A stretch of DNA of 64,000 bases from Seison nebaliae (lineage: Eukaryota). The notes under the pieces were generated by a model. That model searched no databases and was not told where the DNA came from. It saw only the letters and a program-made list of their open reading frames with translations. The stretch is taken from assembly GCA_023231475.1 (NCBI GenBank), contig JALJEE010002349.1:62001-126000 (forward strand). Direction: 5' to 3'. The position numbers and the translations under genes were made by a program. This document shows, piece by piece, positions 12,246 to 24,085 of the stretch (positions are counted from its first letter, which is position 1; every line of letters begins with the position of its first letter).

Positions 12246-14504
12246 ATGATTGCAACAAAGATCAATGAAATTTCATTGCAATCATCTAAGAGTAATAATG
12301 TCGATATTAAGAACGTTCAATTATTAGAGAATCATCAGAACGACGAAAAGAAGATGAAATCAGATTTAGGGAATTCATCATCAATGAGTAATATGTGGAA
12401 TCAGTTACAATCTGCTTTGAATCTCAATCAAATGACAAATTTCGATATAAATAAAAATCATAATTCGATTAATCTCTTACAAACTCAAATGATGAAAACT
12501 GATCAATTTTCGAATGAACAGTCATCAATCTCTTCAACCTCCTCATCCTCCGATGATCAATTACACCAGAATTATTATCAAACACAACAACAACAACAAC
12601 AACATCCTCAGAATTTTGTTGTTGATGAAAATGCAAATTCGGTGTACACAATGTCGAATTATTTTAATGTATTATTCAATTATCTAAATGCGAATCAATC
12701 AGAGATGCTACAATCGAATGATACCAATAATTTGCTATTCGGTTTCACCGCTCATCCTCAAAGTAAGTAAGAATTTTTCGCGAAAAATTTACATATGCAT
12801 TTTCCATGCAAATTTTTTCCTAATTAAATTTAATGGAATTTATACTCTCCAATCAAATATGAATATATGTGAGACGATTATTCCATTTAAGTTCCTCTCT
12901 CCCCCATTACCATCATATATATTTCACTTAAATAATAGAATCGATACGAATAGAATAAGTTAAGACATGATCAATCATAGACATGATGATAATAAGAGAG
13001 AAAAATAAAAGAAGTTTTTTTTAAGATTTTTCTTATTAAAATATTTTATTCGTCAAATCTTATTGGATCATTGCCATTTCTTACATAATCCACTTCTTCT
13101 TCTTCTTCTTCTTTTACGCAACATCATATTTATGCAATCTTTTGAAAATATTGTAAAAAAACTTCAATACTTAAAATATGGTTGTTATTTATTAAATTTA
13201 TCTCAACATTCTCATCTACTTTCCTTCTCATTTTATCAATTCATGAAATTTCTTATTTGTTTTAGGTCATGGTGGAATAAATCAATTGGGCGGCATGTTT
13301 GTCAATGGAAGACCTCTACCTGAATCGGTTCGTGAAAGTATCGTCAAAATGGCACAACAAGGTATACGTGCATGTGACATATCTCGGAAATTACGCGTAT
13401 CTCATGGTTGTGTCTCAAAGATTTTAGGAAGGTTTAGCTCATTTCTATTTGAATTAAAATTTAATTTAGATATAGATATTATGAAACCGGTTCCATAAAA
13501 CCGGGTGTTATCGGTGGCTCCAAACCGAAAGTAGCAACACCGAAAGTGGTTGATACAATTTCTCGATACAAGAAAGAGAATCCGACAATGTTCGCTTGGG
13601 AGATACGTGAACGATTATTATTGGAGAAAGTTTGTGAACCAGAAAAAGTTCCATCAGTCAGTTCAATTAATCGGTTAATTATTTATTTAATATAATAATT
13701 AATATATTTATTTAATTTTTTTATAAATATTTAAAAATTTAAAGAATCGTCAGAAATACTCAAGGGAAGACAATCGGAAATCATTCGGAATGTTTACAAC
13801 ATTATATTGATTCGATGACTAATGACAACGATAATCATAACCATCATCATCACCATCATAAACAAACGAAATGTTCGACTGATGACGATAATCGAAGGAA
13901 GAAAATGAATGAAAGAAAACGAAAATCGAGTTCTTCTGATAATTTGAAGAAGATGAATTGTTCGAAAAAGAGTAATCTTTCAAAATCAATTCCAACGAAC
14001 GAACATTTTGTCAATTCAACAAAAACACTTTCTAACTTATCGACTAATCAGAATGATTCAAATCAAATGAAAAAATTTAATGAATCTCAAACTAATTCGG
14101 GAGTGGTAAGCGAATCAATAAATGCTGAAGAAATGATGACAAGTTATACGAAACAAATGAATGAATATTTGACGGAATATAACCAGAAATATTTTAATGA
14201 CTTTTTCGCTTTTCAACCATCCATCAATAACGACTATCTCAATCAATTTTGTGCGATTAATTCAACTCAACAACCTACACAAATTGCACATGCAAATCAA
14301 ATTAAAATTGAACCATCCAATTCCACCAACACTCAACAAGAACATTCCAACATTCCTTTGTTGAATGATGTTCATTCGTTGAACAATTATTATAAATTAG
14401 CCTGTCAATCTTTACAAGAGAATGAGAGTTTGAGTAAAGGTGAAATTAACAAAGATTTGATGTTGAATAATTCTTATGTTTCCATGTATTACCATCCGGA
14501 ATGA
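12246..14504 (+). CDS. Paired-box transcription factor B (Pax2/5/8-like)
   Basis: Introns at 12763-13265 (503 nt, GTAAGT donor), 13432-13475 and 13674-13744. Paired domain [19 protein letters not shown]...[45 protein letters not shown]...[14 protein letters not shown]...SVSSINRIVRN. Confidence 0.9.
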
Positions 14505-14643
14505 GAAACAGAAAATTCGAATAATTCAATTAATTCTTTTCTTTTCTTTCTTTCTCGTCCTTAAATTTGTGTTTGTTGTGCTTCATTCATTTTATTTATG
14601 ATCTCTTATTATTTACAATAAATTTACTAAAACTTCCAAAAAA

Positions 14644-14953
14644 ATGGGTTCTTGCAATTCAGCTATATTGAAACGAATACAAAGAGAACGAGCAGGTTTC
14701 TGAAATATTTTCATAAAATTCTCACAAAATGAACAATTTAGAGGAATTCTTTCGTACGGGACGACCTGATGCAAACGGTTTCGTTTATTTCGAAACACAA
14801 CCAGTGAAGAAGTTATCGAACGAAGATATCGAAAATGCAGATAATCGATATTCACGTCCAATTCAAACTGAACGACGTTACACTTCCGCCAACGTTCTCA
14901 GCGCTGCCGATTCGTCGAATAAATCGTCTCAGAAAACAGTAACGAAATTTTGA
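14644..14953 (+). CDS. Small (~87 aa) orphan protein with N-terminal MGSCNS dual-acylation-like motif
   Basis: ATG at 14644; intron 14696-14741 (GTTTCT..TAG) joins in frame to ORF 14729-14953. Confidence 0.6.
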
Positions 14954-14977
14954 AGGGAAATTTTTATACAAATTTTA

Positions 14978-15781
14978 TTAAAAATAATGACCATCATATT
15001 CTCGTCGTTGTCTCTGTCGAATACGATGACGTTCGTCTTCGAATTCTTTCCGTTTCTCTTTCTCGGAAATCTCCTTCAATTTAGTTGAACGTTCAACTTC
15101 TAATTTTTTCGCGTTCTTAAACATCTTTTCTCGTCGTCTTTCCTTCTCCCTTTCATTCAATCGATGATTCCCACCATAATCATCATGATGATGATTATGA
15201 GATGATGATTTTTTCTCATCAATCACTTCATCGTCCGATCTTTTCCGACGACGATATTTCTCTTTTTGTTGACGATATTTCTGATAGACTTCGTCGATTT
15301 CATCATTATTTGATTCATTAATTCGTCTTTGTTTCCGTTCGGATGATTTCACTAAACCATAATTCTTATCTTTCATTTTTTCTTCTTTCTCATCATTTCT
15401 TGAACATGATGATGATGATAATAATAATGACGATGATGATGATGATGAAGATTGTTGCACCTTTTCATTTTTTTTCTTCAATCGTTTTAAACGTTTCAAT
15501 TGTGCTGGATTATTGAGAAGTTTATGTTGTAATTCTAATTCCTTTTTACGAATAATAAAGAGTGGATCCTCTCTCATTTTCGTCGCCATTTGTTGTAATT
15601 GAATATGAGATTTGGAATTCTTCTCCCGAGATATTTTCTGAACATTCTGATTCTGATTTTGAGAGAGCAAATTAAATTCACCCAAATCAGATGGCAACTC
15701 CCTCCCCAACAAATATTCTTCACATTTCGTATTATCTTTGAATTTCTGTTGTTGGTCCCATTCTAAATCATTCGATTGCAT
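14978..15781 (-). CDS. CWC25: Pre-mRNA splicing factor CWC25 (N-terminal Cir_N segment not found locally)
   Basis: Motifs LEW...EEYLLGR, KMREDPLFIIRKKE and LLNNP, followed by a charged R/K/S-rich tail. Confidence 0.82.
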   Translation of the reverse strand: MQSNDLEWDQQQKFKDNTKCEEYLLGRELPSDLGEFNLLSQNQNQNVQKISREKNSKSHIQLQQMATKMREDPLFIIRKKELELQHKLLNNPAQLKRLKRLKKKNEKVQQSSSSSSSSLLLSSSSCSRNDEKEEKMKDKNYGLVKSSERKQRRINESNNDEIDEVYQKYRQQKEKYRRRKRSDDEVIDEKKSSSHNHHHDDYGGNHRLNEREKERRREKMFKNAKKLEVERSTKLKEISEKEKRKEFEDERHRIRQRQRREYDGHYF

Positions 15782-16188
15782 CTCCTACGATGCAAATAGT
15801 TAGTTCGGAAGTTAGTATAGAATGGGAAATATGAGAAATTGGAAATTAAAAAAAAAAAGAATTATTAAATTTTTTAAAAAAAAAGCTTAAAATTTGAAAA
15901 AATTAAATTTTAGTAAAATAAATTTATAATAGACGTTTGAGAATGAGGAAAAGCGAAAAACAATGAATTTTTCAAAATCATGGACATGAATGATTTTGTT
16001 TACTATTTTGGCTGAGGAGGAGTAATTATATCATATTCGAAAATTTATTTTCGCTTTTCTATGTAAATTCATGTAATATTTTTCTTATTCGCGTCATGTA
16101 AAGTCTTGTAAAGAATTTCTTTAATCCATTCTCTGTTTTTTCGTAATAGATGAAAGGAGGAAAATGAGATAATCATTTCTCTCTTAAA

Positions 16189-18819
16189 ATGAGTAATTTG
16201 GTTTTGGAAGAAGATGTGACGTGGAAACAGATTTTAGATAATGATAAAATCATTCGTCATTTGACGGTAATTGATCGAATGAATTTAATTATTTCTTTAG
16301 ACGGTGCCCATATCAAAGATCGATTATTGAGTTTTATGCAAACATCTTTATCAATTTGTCCAATTCGATTGTTATTATATTGTGGTTTTGATGGAATTCT
16401 CGCCAATCAATTCTTTTATTGTGCTGAAACATTATTGATGAATAATAGAATGATGAAGAACAATATGTTTAATGATTCCAATTTACTCCATGAATCATAT
16501 TATCAAACGATTTGGTCATATATTATGAAAATGATCGAATCATTCGTCGATTGGCCCAGTCTCAATTTTCAACAGGACATCAATAAAATTCCATTGTCTG
16601 GTAAATTGAATAAATTCCTCCTTTACTCCATGACACGAATGATGAGAAATTCAAAAATGAATGAATTGATTTGGCCATCAGATAATCCATTCAAAACGGA
16701 ATTAACAAATTATTATCATATTCGAAATGTCATTTACCATTTTTATTCGATAATGACAAATCCGAAATTGAACAAATCACTCGTCAATAATGGGAATATT
16801 GGGAAGATTTTGAAAGATCCGAATATGTCTCCCCATTTAAGTTTATTGGATCGTGCTGCCGAATTGATTAAACATTCCAAAAAGATTGTCGTCGTCACTG
16901 GTGCTGGTATTTCAGTGAGTTGTGGAATTCCAGATTTTCGTTCAAAAGATACTGGTCTCTATCCACAATTGAGAGGGATGTTCCCCGAATTGGAACGACC
17001 CGAAGATATTTTCAGTATCGATTTCTTCCTCTTCAATCCTAAACCATTTTATCAATTCGCTTTACAAATGTTCCCTGGTAAATTCCATCCATCATTGACA
17101 CATCATTTCATTAAACGTCTGGAAACGAAGAAAAAATTATTAATGAATTATACACAAAATATCGATACATTAGAACAAATGGTAGGATTGAAATGTGTGG
17201 TGGAATGTCATGGATCATTCGAAAATGCCACATGTGTCACTTGTAAATTTAAAATTCCAACAACTGAAATCAAAGAAGAGATTTATGCACAACAAATACC
17301 TTATTGTCCACGATGTCGAAAACGAGACGATTTCGTCACATTAGAAGATCAGAATCTTTTCTCTCAATTAAATTCAGCGTCAGATGTTGATGAAATTTTC
17401 TCGAGATTCCTCTTAAATAATCCCGTTTTCGATACGAGTAAATCAAAAAAAAAGAATAAAAATCAGATTGATTGTGATCAAGTCAGTAGTACATCGGATG
17501 ATGTTATGAAACATTCCGATACGGAAGATACTCTCGATTTAATAAATTCATTAGTCGATTTGAAATCGTCACCAGTGCACGAAATGAAAGTGGTGAATGG
17601 AGACGATATAGAAATTCCAGAAGATAATTCGAAAAGAAAAATAAATCATCGAGAAAATGGAAAGTTATCGAATGTGGTGAATAATTTAAATGATGATTCT
17701 GATGATAATGATGATGAGAAAATGATTAAAGAAAATTCATATGATGATAGTAGTGATGAAGAATCGTTAAATTTATCAAAAACTGATTTAAATTCTTTGT
17801 TACTCAATCAAGCAAAATTTATTATGAAACCAGATATCACTTTTTTCGGTGAACAACTCTCACAAACATTTCATTCACTTCTTCCCTCCCATTTACGTGA
17901 AACGGATTTATTAATCGTTATTGGATCATCATTAATCGTTCAACCGGTTGCACGAATACCGTCATTGTTAAATCGTAAAATTCCAAGAATTCTAATTAAT
18001 CGACAACGTCTCAGACATTTACCAAAATTTGATGTTGAATTAATTGGATCGTGTGACGAAATTGTCCAACAAATCTGTCGTTCTCTTCAATTGCAGACGA
18101 AAGAAGAGAAATGGAATCTTCCAATTTCCATTGATGAATTAATCCATTATCCCAAACGTCATTTGAGAGAAGTGGAACCGATAAAATTAATTAATCCTAT
18201 CGTTCTTTTAGGACAAATTTTATTGAATTTGAAATTAGATGTCGATATTTCTTATATGAAAATATTTGAAAAATTCTTGAAAAATTCTTATATTTCCGTA
18301 TTGAATAGTCAATCCGATTTCACTATCCATGTCAAATGGGCAAATGATCTCAATGAAATGATGGAGAATAATTCTAATTTCCGTCAATTACTTCTTTACG
18401 GGAAATACGTGGACAAGAGAGAGTGGAAAAAGAGTGTCGATCTTTATATTTTGAGTTAGAAATTTCATAATTTTTTTTTAAAAAAAAATAATTTTTAAAT
18501 CGTAGAAAATTCATGTATCGTCATCGATCGTAGTTGTCTAATTGTGACGAACAATGCCGAAATCCAATTCGGAGAATTGATACCTCAATGGATGGAAGTT
18601 TATAAAGGAGAACTTTTCGAGAAGTTAAAGAAGAAACAAATAAGCAAGAAAATTAGAAAGAAAATTTTGTCAATGAAGAAAAAAAAGAATAAGAAGGTGA
18701 AAGAGAAGAGGAAAATAATAAAACATTCTATGAAAAAAAGTGCTTTGAAAAGAAAATTGAAATTGTCCGATCGAATAAAGAACATGAAGAAAAGTAATAA
18801 GATTTCTCGGAAATTTTAA
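16189..18819 (+). CDS. SIRT1: NAD-dependent deacetylase, class I sirtuin (SIRT1-like)
   Basis: GAGISVSCGIPDFRS, YTQNIDTLE, CHGSF, CxxC..CxxC, KPDITFFGE and IGSSL motifs; intron 18455-18505 joins in frame to ORF 18544-18819. Confidence 0.92.
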
Positions 18820-19096
18820 AGTTTTCCAAATAGGAGAAATTCTCTCTTACAATTTTATATTTTTCATATCAATCCATAATATTTTGTTTTTGTTATTAAA
18901 TTTTTTGAAAATTTCAGTTCTTTTTAGTTTTCCATAACAAATGGAAATTTATGGAAATTTATTTGTTCTGATTATCTTGAAAAATTAATGTGAACTATTC
19001 AAAATCAATGTTGTGGTGTATTATTAATAGTTGTAAGGAGGAAAAGAATGAAGAATAAGTAAATGAAAAGAAAAGTATTTTTATAAGATTTTAGTT

Positions 19097-20060
19097 TTAG
19101 ACTTTCTGACATTCATCTTTCCATTGATGGAATGAACTTTTCAATTTGTTCTTACATTTCTTATTTTCAATGGGAGTGCTCTTCCATTTCTTTATATGAT
19201 TCTCGATCTTCTCCCACGATGCCTTCTCACAATTCTTTCGAAATAATAAAAATGAGAATTTAAAAATTTTAAATTAATTTCCAACTTTCATTCCTGGAAG
19301 TTGATCGTTACAATGTTGATGGATGATATGATTGAAATCTTTGCAAGCATCAATGTAACAAAATTTACTCAATTCCACATCTTTATCATTAATCATTGGA
19401 ACGTCTTGATTGAAGAAATCGGAATCATATCGATTCATTTCTTCATCATATGATGGAAGTAATTTGGGAGATATATCTCTCGGATTTCGAAAACGTTTAC
19501 CACCCGATTTTCCAACACTCACTATCAACAGAATATTGGATTAATTCAAATTAATTTAATTTTGATTAATTATAATTTAAAGAGACTAACACCAATGTTT
19601 AGTGACGACATAAAGTATAACTAGAATGGCTAATGTTTGGAGAACGATGAATAATAAAGTCAACCAAGAAAGTAATCCATATCCTGTCCGTTTTCCCACA
19701 TTAGACATCACTTCCTTAGATATTTCTTTCCTATAACACAATAAATAAGGGATGATAAATGATGAATAACTTCTTACCACTGACTTTTGATTTAACTTTA
19801 TCCGCAATATCCAAATCACTCATGCTGTCTATGATGGAATCCAATACCATAATATTATGTGAATAACTATGTGAATAACTTCATCACTCACATATTTAAA
19901 TAGTTGAGTGAAGAGAATGATTGAATCGATTTAGCACATCTGTCCATCTAATAAGACGTGATTGAGATTGATGATGTTTTTTTATAAGAAATTCTTTTAA
20001 TTACCTGAATAAATATCGGAAGAATGTTGGAAATAATAAAAAATAATAACATAAAAACAT
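19097..20060 (-). CDS. Unknown single-pass membrane protein, multi-exon; 5' exons unresolved
   Basis: TM segment (GLLSWLTLLFIVLQTLAILVILYVV) splices in frame to ORF 19274-19528 and to a last exon ending ...DECQKV*; a hydrophobic leader starts at 20060. Confidence 0.45.
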
Positions 20061-20331
20061 GATTTGTTAATTAAATGAATTTAAATTACCTTTTATTTAA
20101 ACTTGTTTAATTTTATGTTCATCATTGAAACTCATCCAAAATATAAACTAATAAATAACTAATGTTAATAAATTGAAAAAGGAAACCGCTTTCTCAGGTT
20201 TCTCCAGCTCTAGTCATTTATTGATATTTAAATTTAATGAAAATTATGTCAAATTATAAAATTTATTTTAAATTAATTCAAGAAATAATTCAAATTTTAG
20301 CTCTTAATTTTTTGAAAAGTTTATCTTCAAT

Positions 20332-20997
20332 ATGTCGCTAATTAACGAAAGTGGAGAAACATTATCGAATGATCTGATCAACGAATTTTATCGTGAAATT
20401 GATGAGGACGGTGGAATATATGTGAATGGACGTCAAACTATTCCGAAATTCAGTAGGGAGAAATTTAATGAGATAATCAAAGAAATCAATCGAATGCACA
20501 ACGAGAATATCGAACAAGTTCAATTAGTAGTTGATGAGAATAAAGACGGAAGCAAATATATTATGCCTGTTCGATTGAGACATGCGCTAATGGAACGAAT
20601 GAAACGAAGTCTATTGATTTATGTTTATAATCGATGTCGATCATTACAACGTATTCGATGGATAGAAGGTGCGACAATTCTCTCTCGAACAACCAGCGAA
20701 AAATTACATATGGCTGAAAGTGATTGGTACAGGAGATATTGTCGTAATTTAACTCGATATCTGTTAGCTTTGAATGAAGACGAGGAATGTGGTCTCGATA
20801 TCACATTGTTCAGTGATAATTTACCTCCGCCAAAATCCTTATATATTCAAGTGAAATGTTTGAGAGATTATGGCGATTTGGAATTATCGAGTGGGGGACA
20901 TATGAAACTGAGACGAGATACTCAATATTATTTACCGTCAGTCGATTGTTATCATTTGATACGACAAGGCATTTTGTTACATATAAGAGAAACTTAA
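20332..20997 (+). CDS. GINS1: DNA replication complex GINS subunit Psf1, intronless
   Basis: RHALMERMKRSLLIYVYNR..RIRW and PPKSLYIQVKCLRDYG...LIRQGIL motifs. Confidence 0.92.
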   Translation: MSLINESGETLSNDLINEFYREIDEDGGIYVNGRQTIPKFSREKFNEIIKEINRMHNENIEQVQLVVDENKDGSKYIMPVRLRHALMERMKRSLLIYVYNRCRSLQRIRWIEGATILSRTTSEKLHMAESDWYRRYCRNLTRYLLALNEDEECGLDITLFSDNLPPPKSLYIQVKCLRDYGDLELSSGGHMKLRRDTQYYLPSVDCYHLIRQGILLHIRET

Positions 20998-21143
20998 AAA
21001 ATAATTTAAAAATAATTTTATAAATAATTTAAAAATAATTTAAATGTAATATTTTCACATTCGTAAGTTTATGAGATAATAAATAAGATGACGATAAAAT
21101 AAAATGCTTGTGGAGAGAATTCGAGAGAATCTTGTCATTTGTC

Positions 21144-21168
<25 letters not shown>
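21144..21168. repeat. (GA)n microsatellite between convergent GINS1 and sortilin
   Basis: Perfect AG dinucleotide run. Confidence 0.9.
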
Positions 21169-21175
<7 letters not shown>

Positions 21176-21191
21176 GTGGACATTTCAGAAT

Positions 21192-24085
21192 TCAAATTTT
21201 ATCATTCTTCTTCTGATTTTTCGGGACGGCTAACCAATCATTCAAATTATTCTTCGTCTTCTTCATTTCTTTACCACCATCAGGAATCAATAATTCCTCA
21301 TCATCATTTATTGAGAATGTATCCGTGATTGATGGGAATTTTGATATGTTTTTCTCCGTTTTCGGTTCATCGTTCATCGATTCCGGTTGGTCGATGAGAC
21401 ATTGAGTCTGTTCTTCCATTTCACTATCGGACGGAGGAACTTGAATATAACCACGACGATCGATGGATGTTGATCCTCTTCGAGAATGAATGAGATTTCT
21501 TAAATGCTTTCGAACAACATAATTAATTCCGGTTGCAGTTGATGGATATCGTCGGACGTCATTCATGAAAGAAACATGAACTTTCTTCCGATAAAGAACG
21601 AAGACACTACAAAGAACGAACATGATGAACATCGTCCAAAGAATATAGAAGGAATTTGAATGTTTCTTTTTTCGTGTTGTCGATGAATTGGTGGACTTCT
21701 TATCTTTCTCCACAATCTGACCATCATTTCCATTTGGTGATGGTTTTTTTGTCGAAGTTTTAATGGTTGACAATTTTTCGGATGGTTTCAATGAATTGAT
21801 CGTGGTCTCTAAAGAAACTGATTTAGTCGTAGTAGTTTCTCCATCTTTACTCCAATGTTTGGCTTCTTTACATTCTTTAATTAATAATTTTGTCGATTTG
21901 AATTCCCCAAATTTTTTCAAATCATTCTGCTCATCATTTTGGATGCAAACGTCGCCTGATATCTTTCGATAACCGGTGGTCTTGTGCGTTTTCATTTGTT
22001 CGATTTCTTTACAAACGATTTTCGACGGAGTGAATCCCATCGATAATTTACATGGATTATCTAACTGATTCTTACTGATATGATTATCGGCACGAACGAA
22101 TCCGAAATCACATTCATAATCCGACATCGTACACTTACACGGAATGACGTTTGATTTACTTATGAAATTATTATTGTTAATACACCACGAACCAACTTTA
22201 AGTCTTTGATAAACGATATTTTGACCGAGGACACAACTGTCCGTTTTTCCAATTAACGATCCATATTTCTCATGAGCTTTCCATTCCACATAATCGTTGG
22301 TCGTACATTTCCTCTTGAGTAATTGTTGGAAATTTACCACGAGCAATCTCCATTCTTGAGTGGGGACATTATAAGCCCAAGTGATTGCGTGGAAATTATT
22401 CAAAATTGGATGTATCATCGTTTCCGTTAAGAGATATTGAGAACGGTTATATTTTTCGTTAACGAATTGCACTTTTTGCCAACATTCCCCTTCGTCCATC
22501 GAGAAATAAATATAATGGACATTCCTCGTCGCTATAATGAGACTACCACTATCAGCTATGATGATATTATAGACACCGTTCAATGATCGTTGCCATGTAT
22601 AACCGCCATCATTACTAACGAATGTGTCTCTCGCTTCTTCGTTATGATGAGAGGAGATGGTTGCCAATATGAAAATAATTCCAATTGCTGATTTATGACT
22701 GATGATCGATTGACTATCGGATCCTCGAGAGATTTGAAGGAAACAATTATCATCATCAATTTTCAATTCGTTGCATAAAATTTTTGGGGCATTTATTCGA
22801 TGCCAAGAAGCACCACGATCATAAGTAATGATGGAATGTAATTTACCGGAGGATTGGATTTGTGTCGTGATGAAAACGCCCGTCATTGATTTGATTTGAG
22901 TGAAATCAGAATAACCATCACCATACATATGATGTTTCTCTAATGATAAAGAGAAGATGATACTATTTTGATCTCCAACATATAAAGTACCTTCATTCGT
23001 CGATTCTTCGTTATCGACATGCATAAAAATTACGTTGTGCAAATTCTCGAGAACGGTATAAAATCGTGTGGGAGATAATAATGGAAGTTCTACATCCATC
23101 CAATTCACTTCACTTTCTTTCGTTCGTTGCACTTTCCTTAAATTACTACCACCTCCCATTGGAATGGCAGCGAATACATAATTGTCAATGATTCCGTAAG
23201 AATAAACCATATCTTTCAATGATTCACAAGATTTTGTTGTCATATCATAATAATGGAGTGAATAAGTAGGAATTTTTCCGAATAATAACGAGAACGTTAA
23301 TGTCAATGGAGATACTGAGAATATCAATCTCTCACCATCACTCGACCATTGAGCTTTATGGATATCGGTATTGCAAATCGCTTCCCATTTCAAACCACAA
23401 TCGGATGAATAATATAAAATTCCATCGATTGAAATTGCAGCGACATAATTGGTCTTTTTCGGATTGAAAAGAATACTATGTTTCAATTCAAATGGTGCTA
23501 ATACCGTATGCCAATTCTCCCCACCATCAGTCGTTACAGCGAATGTATTCGATCCATTTAATGACAATCCATTTAGAATGAAAAATTTGTTATTGAATTG
23601 CGATCGTTGTAATCCATTTTTCTGTCTCAATGAGATATGTCCGACGGATGATGTGATATTTTCAAATGTCTTCCCATAATCCAACGAACGATAAACTGTT
23701 GACTTCTTCACAATTTGTGCCATACCGAACAATGATCGATGTTCTTCCATCGTTGCTAATAAGAGACATCCGTCGTTTTCCGAACACCACGTCATCGCTA
23801 TCGTATGAGTCCGATCATATTTGAAAGAGAATTCTTCCGTCTTCAATTTGAAGTCATCTGACACATCTCTCTTGCAATCCTCACTACTAATTTCAGTAGT
23901 AACATGATTCTCTCGAAATGGTTTTGTGATTTTTGAATAAATATCCTCCTCTAAAAATTAGAAGAATGAGAAATGAGAGAAGAGAATGAAAATGAATTGA
24001 AGACAAAAGATGAACCTTTTAATGAAAAAACTATGGGTAGAACATAAGTGAAAAGTATTAATATTGCCCGCAATACCGTCGACAT
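21192..24085 (-). CDS. SORT1: Sortilin / VPS10-domain sorting receptor
   Basis: Signal-peptide exon 24016-24085, intron 23951-24015, repeated Asp-boxes (SLDYGKTF, TTDGGENW, SSDCGLKW, SNDGGYTW), 10CC module (DYECDFGF, GYRKISGDVC), TM helix and acidic dileucine-like tail DDEELL. Confidence 0.88.

Noticed and set aside
20996..21045. Short AAAAATAATTT tandem repeats
   Set aside because: Low-complexity AT slippage with no spacers, so not CRISPR-like
23140..23160. Minus-strand MGGGSNLRK resembling the missing CWC25 N-terminus
   Set aside because: It is in frame inside the sortilin CDS and lacks the SWHP motif
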